Shown here: positions 8,223-15,982 of the stretch, one piece after another
How the letters are laid out: each line of letters begins with the position of its first letter
How positions within the stretch are numbered: position 1 is the first letter of the stretch
Source: an uncultured Bacilli bacterium
Lineage (GTDB): Bacteria; Bacillota_I; Bacilli_A; RF39; UBA660
Direction of reading: 5' to 3'
Length of the DNA stretch: 64,000 nucleotides
Assembly: GCA_934167825.1 (NCBI GenBank)
Contig: CAKPLY010000001.1
Coordinates: forward strand, 70,850-134,849
Program-made: the position numbers and the translations under genes
The notes under the pieces: generated by a model
What the model was told of the DNA's origin: nothing
Database searches by the model: none
The model's input: the letters and a program-made list of their open reading frames with translations, nothing else

Positions 8223-10139
8223 ATGGAAAATGTAGAAGTAAATAATAAGAGTAAAATAGTAAAACTAATGATAATAGTAATTATCTTAATAGTAATAGCA
8301 TTAGTAGGAACTTATGCTTTAACTATATGGAGGAGTCAAGAAAACACAGAACTTACTTTACGTATTGGGGATATCTCAGGAATATATTGTGAAACAGGAG
8401 ATCCAGTTAATATAAGTAATCTAGGGCCTATATTTGATTATGAAATAGATGGTGAAGTAATAACTTTTAGTATAGATAATCAAACTAATGAAGTAGTAAA
8501 AACTTCTGCTACATTTAATATTACTACAATAACAGATAATTTAAAAGAAGAAAGTTTTAAATATAAATTACTTTATAGTACAAATAATACTACTTATGAA
8601 TTATTAAAAGAAGGTAATTTTAAAGATGTTACAAATGGTAGTAAAATAGAATTATTAGAAAACTATGATGTTGCTATATCACAAAAAATACATTTTAAAT
8701 TAATAATCTATATAGATGGTAATATGGAAAATCCTATAACTATGCAAGGAGGTAGTTTGGTGGGATATCTTACTGCATGTAAAATTGTTGAAGTAGATAA
8801 AAGTGGTGCTAATGCACCTGCTTTAACAGATGCATTAATCCCTGTAATGTATGATGAAACAACATCTACTTGGGTAAAAGCAGATTCAAGTAATAATGAT
8901 TTATCCTGGTATAATTATGGTGAAAAGAAATGGGCAAATGCAGTGTTAGTATCATCAACAAATCGTAGTACTTACCAGTCCGCAAGTGCAGGTACAACTA
9001 TAACAGATGCAGACATCTTAGCATTTTATGTATGGATACCGAGATATAAATATAAAGTATGGAATATAAACAAAGTAATGGCTACAGATAGTTATAGTGC
9101 ACAAACTACAGGTATAGATATAGTATTTGAAGCAGGTACATCTTCAACTGGTACAATATCTTGTACATATAGTTATGCTGCACCATCAAGTACTGCCGGA
9201 AGTCCCAATGAAACATGTACAGGTAGTAATGGAGATTATTATACACATCCAGCATTTACGTTTGGTAATCAAGAACTAACAGGATTTTGGATGGGAAAAT
9301 TTGAACTATCAAGTAGTAATCCTGCGACTGGTTCATCTTATGGCGGGGGATACTCTACATCTTTAACACCAAGAATACTACCAAATGTAACATCATGGAG
9401 AAATAATATAGTATCAAACTATTGGAAAGTAATATATGATATGCAAACAAGTAATAATATATATGGACTTCCTACATCAAGAACAAATGCTGATTCACAT
9501 ATGCTTACTAATATGGAGTGGGGAGCAGTAGCATATTTAACTAACTCAAAATATGGAAGATGTACAAATGGAAGTTGTACAGAAGTATCAATTAATGGTT
9601 ACGGAGAAACAAGTAATTATACAACTATGACAGGATGTGGTCCAATATCAAGTGGTAGTACAAGTTATAGTACTACATGTAACGCATATAATACAACTTT
9701 AGGACAAACAGCATCTACTACAGGTAATATATATGGAATATATGATATGTCAGGAGGGGCAACTGAATATGTAATGGGTAATATATCAAAAACAAACGGA
9801 ACAACATATACATATTATGCAGGAAATGCAGGAACAAACTTTACATATAGTACAGATACTGCAAAATATCTAATACCTTATGCATATGGAACAACATATA
9901 ATGACCAAACAGCATATAATAGAGGAAGATTAGGAGATGCAACAAGTGAAGTAGTATCTAGAGCAAGTTATGGATGGTATAATGACTACACGTCTTTTCC
10001 TGTCTTTGGCGATTCTTGGTTTCTTCGTGGCGGCAATTTCGGCGCTAGTAGTGAAGGTGAACCCTTCTCTTTCTTCGGCAATTCTGGCATTAATAACCAC
10101 TCTTGTTCGGGGCGTGCTGCTCTTTCTATTGCATCCTAA
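8223..10139 (+). CDS. N-terminally anchored surface protein with an FGE-sulfatase/C-type-lectin-like C-terminal domain and a compositionally aberrant C-terminal patch
   Basis: N-terminal TM helix. Motifs THPAFTF..ELTGFWMGKFELS, NMEWGAVAYL, GIYDMSGGATEYVMGN and FLRGGNF...GRAAL resemble the FGE/SUMF1 fold. It is a paralog of 51428..54073, sharing ILAFYVWIPRYKYKVWN and TSRTNADSHM.TNMEWGAVAYLTNSKYGRC. Confidence 0.8.
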   Translation: MENVEVNNKSKIVKLMIIVIILIVIALVGTYALTIWRSQENTELTLRIGDISGIYCETGDPVNISNLGPIFDYEIDGEVITFSIDNQTNEVVKTSATFNITTITDNLKEESFKYKLLYSTNNTTYELLKEGNFKDVTNGSKIELLENYDVAISQKIHFKLIIYIDGNMENPITMQGGSLVGYLTACKIVEVDKSGANAPALTDALIPVMYDETTSTWVKADSSNNDLSWYNYGEKKWANAVLVSSTNRSTYQSASAGTTITDADILAFYVWIPRYKYKVWNINKVMATDSYSAQTTGIDIVFEAGTSSTGTISCTYSYAAPSSTAGSPNETCTGSNGDYYTHPAFTFGNQELTGFWMGKFELSSSNPATGSSYGGGYSTSLTPRILPNVTSWRNNIVSNYWKVIYDMQTSNNIYGLPTSRTNADSHMLTNMEWGAVAYLTNSKYGRCTNGSCTEVSINGYGETSNYTTMTGCGPISSGSTSYSTTCNAYNTTLGQTASTTGNIYGIYDMSGGATEYVMGNISKTNGTTYTYYAGNAGTNFTYSTDTAKYLIPYAYGTTYNDQTAYNRGRLGDATSEVVSRASYGWYNDYTSFPVFGDSWFLRGGNFGASSEGEPFSFFGNSGINNHSCSGRAALSIAS

Positions 10140-10160
10140 ACACAATAAATAGAAATAAAT

Positions 10161-10222
10161 AGATATGTAAATTACTTTTATGAAATAATTTATTAAAAGT
10201 AATTTACATATCTTTATTTTTT
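10161..10222 (+). terminator. strong rho-independent terminator
   Basis: 20-bp perfect stem AGATATGTAAATTACTTTTA (10161-10180) / TAAAAGTAATTTACATATCT (10194-10213), followed by a T-rich run. Confidence 0.85.
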
Positions 10223-10251
10223 TGATATAATTTAGTTAATGATAGAAAGAT

Positions 10252-10569
10252 ATGGAGGATATGATGAGTGATATTGAATTACTAAGTATAGATATTGGTG
10301 CACTAGAAAGTGCTATAGATAGTCTAAATAGATATATTGGTGAATTAAGTACTGAAGAGGGTAGTTTAGAATATATTAAGAATACTGCTCCTACATTTTG
10401 GAATGAAGGTGCTACTGAAGATATTAATTCATATTGTATAGAACTTGGAAAAAATATAAGTAGTGTTGATGCTCTTATACAGAATTTACAAGGATATATA
10501 AGTACTTTAAGAACACTAATTGCTGAAATTAATGAAGCAAGAAAAAGAAAGTATGCTGGTGAGGTGTAA
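10252..10569 (+). CDS. small alpha-helical protein with a central FWNEG motif (possible WXG100/ESAT-6-like)
   Basis: About 100 aa and predicted all-helical. FWNEGATEDINSY is paralogous to FWNEGVGEDVSSY in the 10907 gene. The true start may be ATG 10261 or 10264, after GGAGGA. Confidence 0.6.
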   Translation: MEDMMSDIELLSIDIGALESAIDSLNRYIGELSTEEGSLEYIKNTAPTFWNEGATEDINSYCIELGKNISSVDALIQNLQGYISTLRTLIAEINEARKRKYAGEV

Positions 10570-10571
10570 TA

Positions 10572-10907
10572 ATGCAAGTAAAAGTTAGATTAAACGATTT
10601 AAGACAAACTAGTAATAGAGCAAATGAATTAAATGTTGAAGTTAAGAGTTTATTTGATAGAACTACAAATAATTTAAAAGAAATTTGTCGTATTGTACAA
10701 TGTAGTGAACTAACTAGTGCAACAAATAGTATTAATGAAGAAATTGAAACTATTAATAATGAAATAAATGAATCTTTAAGAGAAATAAATAATTTCTTGA
10801 TTGAGCAAATTAATTACTATAGTATATCTAATGAAAATGCTACTAGTGCAATAAATAAATTAAGTGAGCAAATTACTAATAGTTTTAGTACGGGAGGTGG
10901 CAATTAA
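10572..10907 (+). CDS. small alpha-helical protein, partner of the WxxG pair
   Basis: GGTGAGGTG SD. 111 aa, Asn/Glu/Ile-rich heptad-like sequence with no Trp motif. Tightly packed between the two paralogs. Confidence 0.55.
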   Translation: MQVKVRLNDLRQTSNRANELNVEVKSLFDRTTNNLKEICRIVQCSELTSATNSINEEIETINNEINESLREINNFLIEQINYYSISNENATSAINKLSEQITNSFSTGGGN

Positions 10908-11365
10908 TGGCAACTTATGGTAGAGAACAATTAATTAAATTAAACCCTGAAAGATTAGAGGAATATACTGCTAATTTAGCAACTTTAGTACAACAATTGT
11001 GTGCAAGAGCAGATGAATTAAAAACTGTAAATAAGACTGCTCAAATGTTTTGGAATGAAGGTGTTGGGGAAGACGTTTCAAGTTATGGAGTATCTTTGGA
11101 TAAAAACATTAATTTAATTAAAGGGAAGTTATCAGATACATTAAATGATTATGTTAAAACAATGAATGTACTTGCTTCAACAGTTAGAAATATTGCTGGT
11201 CAAAATGTTGCTACTGGTGGAACAACAACTTCTTTAGGAGGTACTAAACCTTCTTCTCAAATAGATGAACTTAATAATTTTTATTCATCATTTCGCCAAT
11301 TTGATTCTAATACTACAAATAAATATAGAAATCCTAATGTTTTTGGATCTACTGGAAAAATGTAA
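10907..11365 (+). CDS. small alpha-helical FWNEG-motif protein with a Gly/Thr/Ser-rich C-terminal tail
   Basis: Its start overlaps the previous stop (TAATG) and GGGAGGTGG serves as SD. The helical N-terminal ~95 aa are paralogous to the 10252 gene. Confidence 0.6.
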   Translation: MATYGREQLIKLNPERLEEYTANLATLVQQLCARADELKTVNKTAQMFWNEGVGEDVSSYGVSLDKNINLIKGKLSDTLNDYVKTMNVLASTVRNIAGQNVATGGTTTSLGGTKPSSQIDELNNFYSSFRQFDSNTTNKYRNPNVFGSTGKM

Positions 11366-11375
11366 TGATAATATA

Positions 11376-11410
11376 ACACATAAGTTAAATATTTATGTGT
11401 TTTTTTATTT
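11376..11410 (+). terminator. rho-independent terminator
   Basis: ACACATAA (11376-11383) pairs with TTATGTGT (11393-11400) and is followed by a T-run. Confidence 0.7.
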
Positions 11411-11422
11411 TTTTTAAACTTT

Positions 11423-11472
11423 TTTCATTTTTTTTCGCTAAAATGATTTTCAATATGGAATATATATAATGA
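11423..11472 (+). promoter_or_regulatory. 50-nt conserved promoter-like element, copy A
   Basis: TTTCATTTTTTTTCGCTAAAATGATTTTCAATATGGAATATATATAATGA is 48/50 identical to the reverse complement of 42575-42624. It ends in TATAAT, 46 nt upstream of ATG 11518. Confidence 0.6.
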
Positions 11473-11517
11473 GAGAGTTAATTATATATATTTTTATTTT
11501 GAAAGAAGGAGTGAAAA

Positions 11518-12609
11518 ATGTTTAAAAAAGTATGTAAAGTGATGGTAGTATTTTTGTCTTGTTTATTTATGAATGAGGTTAAGGCAGATGAGTGGACTAC
11601 TAAGGAATTAGAAGGAGATGCTGTTATTAAAGAAATTAGATATAGATATTATTATCTAGTTAAGAATGGAGAATATAAAAGAGTGGATGAAATGGGTAAT
11701 TATTCTTATAGTGATAAGAATGATATTAAATATGGAGAGTTTAGTAGTTGGACAAATAGTCCTATAACAGAGTATGATTATTTAGATATAGAGTATGGTA
11801 AGAAATATGAATATCAAGAGTTATTACCTGCGCAATATATTAAGATAGAGAATGTAACTGATAGTAATATAAGTATTAATGATATAGAAACATATAATTT
11901 AAGTGTAAAGTTAAATCATAAGATATATTCTTGCACTTTATGTAATAGTGATAAGAATATTATATATCCAAATGGTAATATGATTATATATATGCCTATG
12001 AGTGTACTTATTAAGAATCTAACTTTTAATTTTACTAATGATTCAAATAGTAATTTTGAGATTTATTATAGTTTTGATAGAGCGTTTAATAAGATAGTTG
12101 CATCCACTTTAGGAAATAATACGGTATTTTCTTATAAATATAATAAGGCATATAAGCTATATGAAAACTATTCAAATACATTTGTTGGATATAATATTAA
12201 TGTTGATGAATTTATTAAGGTAATATCTGTTAGTGATGTATGTAGAGCAAGAGAAATATATGATTATAAATATAATTTAGATAAGGTGTATTTTGGTACA
12301 ACATATTATAAAGATAAGAGTGATATTGATGTTAGTACTACTGATTTATCTATTGATGATTTATATATGGATGAAAACGATTATCAAATATATTATAAGT
12401 ATTCAAGTGATGTAGGAAGCGGTGATAATAAGAATAATAATGATAATAATACACCAAGTAATATAATACCAATAAATAGTCCTAGTTTAGTTAAGACTGG
12501 TAATTTTAAACTCAAGAATACTAATTATTTAATTACATATATATTGCTATTATTACTGGTTACTTTGCTATTCATAAAGAGAATGAATAAAAAGAGAAAT
12601 TTTAAATAA
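11518..12609 (+). CDS. secreted, probably sortase-anchored cell-wall protein
   Basis: Signal peptide MFKKVCKVMVVFLSCLFMNEVKA. C-terminal PSLVKTG (an LPXTG-like variant) followed by a hydrophobic stretch and a KRMNKKRNFK tail. Confidence 0.7.
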   Translation: MFKKVCKVMVVFLSCLFMNEVKADEWTTKELEGDAVIKEIRYRYYYLVKNGEYKRVDEMGNYSYSDKNDIKYGEFSSWTNSPITEYDYLDIEYGKKYEYQELLPAQYIKIENVTDSNISINDIETYNLSVKLNHKIYSCTLCNSDKNIIYPNGNMIIYMPMSVLIKNLTFNFTNDSNSNFEIYYSFDRAFNKIVASTLGNNTVFSYKYNKAYKLYENYSNTFVGYNINVDEFIKVISVSDVCRAREIYDYKYNLDKVYFGTTYYKDKSDIDVSTTDLSIDDLYMDENDYQIYYKYSSDVGSGDNKNNNDNNTPSNIIPINSPSLVKTGNFKLKNTNYLITYILLLLLVTLLFIKRMNKKRNFK

Positions 12610-12696
12610 TGTCGAATGAATAAATAGTCTAATATTGACGAATTTAACAAATGATTAACAAAATATGATAAAGTATATAAGAAAGGAAGAATATTA

Positions 12697-12993
12697 ATGA
12701 AAGTTAATACAGAGTTTAGAAAGGGAATTATGTTTATTAGGGTATATGGATGTTTAAATAAAGATAATATGACTTTTTTAGATTATGATAATTTTAAGTA
12801 TGTAGTATTTAATTTTGATAATTTGCTTTCTATTGATAGTTATGCAATTAAATATATTATTAATTACAATAAAAGAATTAAAAAAGATAATGGTAAGTTA
12901 GTTATATGTGATGGTAAAAAAAATATGGTTAAGAATCTATTTAAGGGTATTATACCTGTAATAGGTGATGAACTGGAGGCGTTTGGTACATAG
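12697..12993 (+). CDS. STAS-domain anti-sigma-factor antagonist (SpoIIAA-like)
   Basis: 98 aa. LSIDSYAIKYI aligns with the F-x-DSSG phospho-serine region of SpoIIAA. It lies immediately upstream of a SigF-like sigma factor. Confidence 0.7.
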   Translation: MKVNTEFRKGIMFIRVYGCLNKDNMTFLDYDNFKYVVFNFDNLLSIDSYAIKYIINYNKRIKKDNGKLVICDGKKNMVKNLFKGIIPVIGDELEAFGT

Positions 12994-13010
12994 ATTAAGA
13001 AAGGAGAACA

Positions 13011-13673
13011 ATGGACGAATTATCTAATATTATAATAGAGAATGAACCTTTAATATATTCTATTATTAATAAGTACTCAAGATACTATGATACAGAAGAT
13101 CTATACCAAGTAGCAGTAATGGGAATAATTAAAGCATATAAGAATTATAAACAAGACTTTAATACAAAGTTTACTTCTTATGCGTATAATTATATCTTAG
13201 GAGAGATATTAAAGTATATTAATGATAGTAAGATATTTAAAATAGGTAAAGAAACAAGGGGATTATATAAGAAGATAAATGAAGCAAAAACTATACTAAC
13301 ACAAAAACTAATGAAAGAACCATCTAACTATGAATTATCATTATTTTTAGAGATTGATGAGAAAGTAATTAATGATGTAATTAATATTAATAGTCCTATT
13401 GATAGTTTGGATAGAGAAATAAAAGAAGAGGGTAAAAAACTTATGTTATATGATGTAGTGGGAGAAAATAAGGATAATATTGAGGAGATATTTTTACATG
13501 ATGAGATAAATAAATTATCATTAGAAGAACTTAAGATACTTAAAGAAAGATACTTTAATGATAAAACACAGAGTGAAGTTGCTAAAGAACTTGGTATAAA
13601 TCAAGTTAAAGTATCTCGTGAAGAACAAAAAATTCTTAAAAAATTATCAAATTCTTACCAAAAAGTCGTATAA
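13011..13673 (+). CDS. group-3 sigma-70 family sigma factor (SigF/SigG-like)
   Basis: Region 2 DLYQVAVMGIIKAYKNY and FTSYAYNYILGEI, with a region 4 HTH TQSEVAKELGINQVKVSREE. Synteny with spoVA downstream matches the B. subtilis spoIIA-spoVA arrangement. Confidence 0.85.
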   Translation: MDELSNIIIENEPLIYSIINKYSRYYDTEDLYQVAVMGIIKAYKNYKQDFNTKFTSYAYNYILGEILKYINDSKIFKIGKETRGLYKKINEAKTILTQKLMKEPSNYELSLFLEIDEKVINDVININSPIDSLDREIKEEGKKLMLYDVVGENKDNIEEIFLHDEINKLSLEELKILKERYFNDKTQSEVAKELGINQVKVSREEQKILKKLSNSYQKVV

Positions 13674-13755
13674 ATTGGTGTTTTTGCTTAAAAGTTGCGC
13701 ATTTGGCAACTAGAAATTTTGAAAAAGTATGAGACAATATATTTAGGTGATTAAA

Positions 13756-14049
13756 ATGGGTTGTAAGGTTAGACATTATGATGTATATGAGACAATATCA
13801 AGAAATATCAAGAAGTATAGAATACTTGCAAATATAACACAAGAAGAACTAGCGGAGAAAGCAAATTATTCATATCAATTCATAAGAAGAATAGAGGCAT
13901 CTAAGACAAAGAAGACGTTTTCTTTAGATACACTTATAACACTTACACATGCACTTAATGTTGATATTGTTGATCTATTCGAAGAGGTGAGTGACGAAGA
14001 ATTTATAGAACTAAAAAGTTCAAAAATTAAAAAACAAAAGAGTATGTAG
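13756..14049 (+). CDS. XRE-family helix-turn-helix regulator
   Basis: ITQEELAEKANYSYQFIRRIE HTH_3 pattern. ATG 13756 is preferred (AGGTGA SD) over the GTG at 13747. Confidence 0.75.
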   Translation: MGCKVRHYDVYETISRNIKKYRILANITQEELAEKANYSYQFIRRIEASKTKKTFSLDTLITLTHALNVDIVDLFEEVSDEEFIELKSSKIKKQKSM

Positions 14050-14052
14050 TGT

Positions 14053-14079
14053 AAAAAGCACAAAACATTGTGCTTTTTT
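14053..14079 (+). terminator. rho-independent terminator
   Basis: AAAAAGCACA...TGTGCTTTTTT hairpin with a T-run. Confidence 0.75.
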
Positions 14080-14124
14080 GTATAATGTTTTAAAAGTTGT
14101 TAATTATATAAATGGTGAAATAAA

Positions 14125-14568
14125 ATGAAGAATGAAATTTATGAGAGTATTGTGGGTGAGGTAACCCCTAAAAAGCATGTACTAAAAAATGCGATAGTTA
14201 CTTTTGTTTTTGGAGGATTAATTGGACTTTTTAGCGAAGCGTTACTTAGAGTATATAAGATGATATTTGATCTTCCTAGAAAAGAAAGTGGAGTTCTTGT
14301 TATAATGACTTTAATATTTATAGCGTCACTTCTTACAGCGTTTGGTGTATTTGATTTATTAGTTGCTAAACTTAAATGTGCCTTAATAATACCTATAACA
14401 GGATTTGCTCATTCTATTACAAGTTCTGCCTTAGACTACAAAAATGAGGGATTAGTATTAGGAATAGGTGCAAATATATTTAAGTTAGCAGGTACTGTTA
14501 TACTTTATGGTGTGGTAAGTGTGTATATATTTGGTATTATTAGATTACTTATTGGAGGCATATTATGA
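14125..14568 (+). CDS. spoVAC: stage V sporulation protein AC
   Basis: 147-aa four-TM protein with size and position matching SpoVAC. Translationally coupled to spoVAD. Confidence 0.85.
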   Translation: MKNEIYESIVGEVTPKKHVLKNAIVTFVFGGLIGLFSEALLRVYKMIFDLPRKESGVLVIMTLIFIASLLTAFGVFDLLVAKLKCALIIPITGFAHSITSSALDYKNEGLVLGIGANIFKLAGTVILYGVVSVYIFGIIRLLIGGIL

Positions 14569-15560
14569 CATATAATTATAAGAACGTTTATTTAGGAGAC
14601 GGTTATACTATTGGAGGAGTATATGAAAGCAATGGTCCTTTAGTAGGTTATTTTGATAAAGTATATAATAAAGACTTTTACTACGGAGAAAAGAGTTTTG
14701 AAAAAGCAGAAACTAGACTTCTTAAAGAAAATTTACTTAATCTACTTAGAAAGACTAAAAAAACGGAAGAAGATATTGATTTAATTATAAGTGGGGATTT
14801 ACAAAATCAAATTGCTGCTTCTAATTATGCAATAAAAGATTATAATATTCCATATCTTGGTATATATAGTGCTTGTGCTACTATTGGAGAAGCTATGATT
14901 ATTGCATCATCTTTTGTTGAGGGAAAGAGTGCTAAAAACGTTATTGTCTCTACGGTTAGTCATAATACTAGTCAGGAAAAGCAATTTAGAAATCCTGTTG
15001 AATATGGGACTCCAAAACCTGATTATTCAACATTTACTGCGACTGGTTCTGCAAGTTTATTAATAACAAGTAAAAAAAGTAAAATAAAAATTGAATCTGC
15101 GACTATTGGTAGAATTATAGATTTAGGACAAACTGATGTAAATAATATGGGAGCAGTAATGGCTGGAGCAGCAGCAGACACCATATATAGACATTTAAAA
15201 GATAATAATAGAAGTGCGGATTATTATGATTTAATTGTTACGGGTGATTTAGGTAAATATGGAAAAGAAATACTTAAGAAATACATAAAAACTAAATATA
15301 ATATAGAGTTATCTAATAATTATAATGATTGTGGTACTATGTTATATGATATTGATAATCAACCTGTTTTAGCAGGTGGTTCAGGACCAGTATGTAGTGC
15401 GTTAGTAATATTTTCTTATATACTTAAACAAATGAATGAGAATAAACTTAAGAAAGTTTTAGTAGTACCTACTGGAGCAATATTTTCTCCAACAAGATTT
15501 TTTCAAAAAGAGAATATACCTGCAATAGCACATGCAGTTAGTTTGGAGGTAATAGAATGA
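14565..15560 (+). CDS. spoVAD: stage V sporulation protein AD
   Basis: 331-aa thiolase-like fold (IYSACATIGEAM, VSHNTS, GGSGPVCSA), typical of SpoVAD. Confidence 0.9.
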   Translation: MTYNYKNVYLGDGYTIGGVYESNGPLVGYFDKVYNKDFYYGEKSFEKAETRLLKENLLNLLRKTKKTEEDIDLIISGDLQNQIAASNYAIKDYNIPYLGIYSACATIGEAMIIASSFVEGKSAKNVIVSTVSHNTSQEKQFRNPVEYGTPKPDYSTFTATGSASLLITSKKSKIKIESATIGRIIDLGQTDVNNMGAVMAGAAADTIYRHLKDNNRSADYYDLIVTGDLGKYGKEILKKYIKTKYNIELSNNYNDCGTMLYDIDNQPVLAGGSGPVCSALVIFSYILKQMNENKLKKVLVVPTGAIFSPTRFFQKENIPAIAHAVSLEVIE

Positions 15561-15907
15561 CTTATTTATATGCATTTTTGTTTTGTGGACTTGTTTGTAT
15601 GATAGGACAATTAATTTTAGATAATACTAAACTTACTCCGGGACATGTTACTAGTTTATTTGTAGTAATTGGATCTTTTTTAGATGTATTTGGATTATAT
15701 GATAAGATAGTTTTATATTGTGGTGCAGGAGCACTTGTTCCTATTACTTCTTTTGGACACTTACTTATTCATGGAGCAATGGATCAAGTTGGTAAGATTG
15801 GTCCTTTAGGACTTGCGTTTGGAATATTTAATCTTACTAGCGCAGGAATTAGTTTTGCATTGTTTTTAGGATTTATTTTTGCGTTAGTTTTTAAACCGAA
15901 ACATTAA
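15557..15907 (+). CDS. spoVAE: stage V sporulation protein AE (AEb)
   Basis: 116-aa membrane protein overlapping spoVAD by 4 nt. Canonical third gene of the AC-AD-AEb trio. Confidence 0.85.
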   Translation: MTYLYAFLFCGLVCMIGQLILDNTKLTPGHVTSLFVVIGSFLDVFGLYDKIVLYCGAGALVPITSFGHLLIHGAMDQVGKIGPLGLAFGIFNLTSAGISFALFLGFIFALVFKPKH

Positions 15908-15982
15908 AATAATTACTTTTATCTTTATAATTATTTACTTTTTCTAATTATTTATTTATAATATATATGGAGGAAATAGATA

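Noticed and set aside
8223-8340. Tested whether the four anchored proteins are type IV pilins or pseudopilins processed by the PilD encoded in the window.
   Set aside because: Their N-termini (e.g. MENVEVNNKSKIVKLMIIVIILIV..., MENINKFIKNNIKVFALILAF...) lack the G/(F,M)-T-L-x-E prepilin cleavage motif, so they look like plain signal-anchor helices.
9930-10152. Extra ORFs overlapping the ends of the surface-protein genes (9930..10145 -, 9970..10152 +, 51394..51588 -, 51703..51942 -, 55816..56040 +, 58405..58608 +, 59013..59204 +).
   Set aside because: These are shadow frames. The ORFs overlapping the adenine-poor patches (9930..10145, 9970..10152, 51394..51588, 55816..56040) arise because local loss of A/T removes stop codons. 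None has an SD or independent support. I used the patch-overlapping ones only as evidence of the compositional anomaly.
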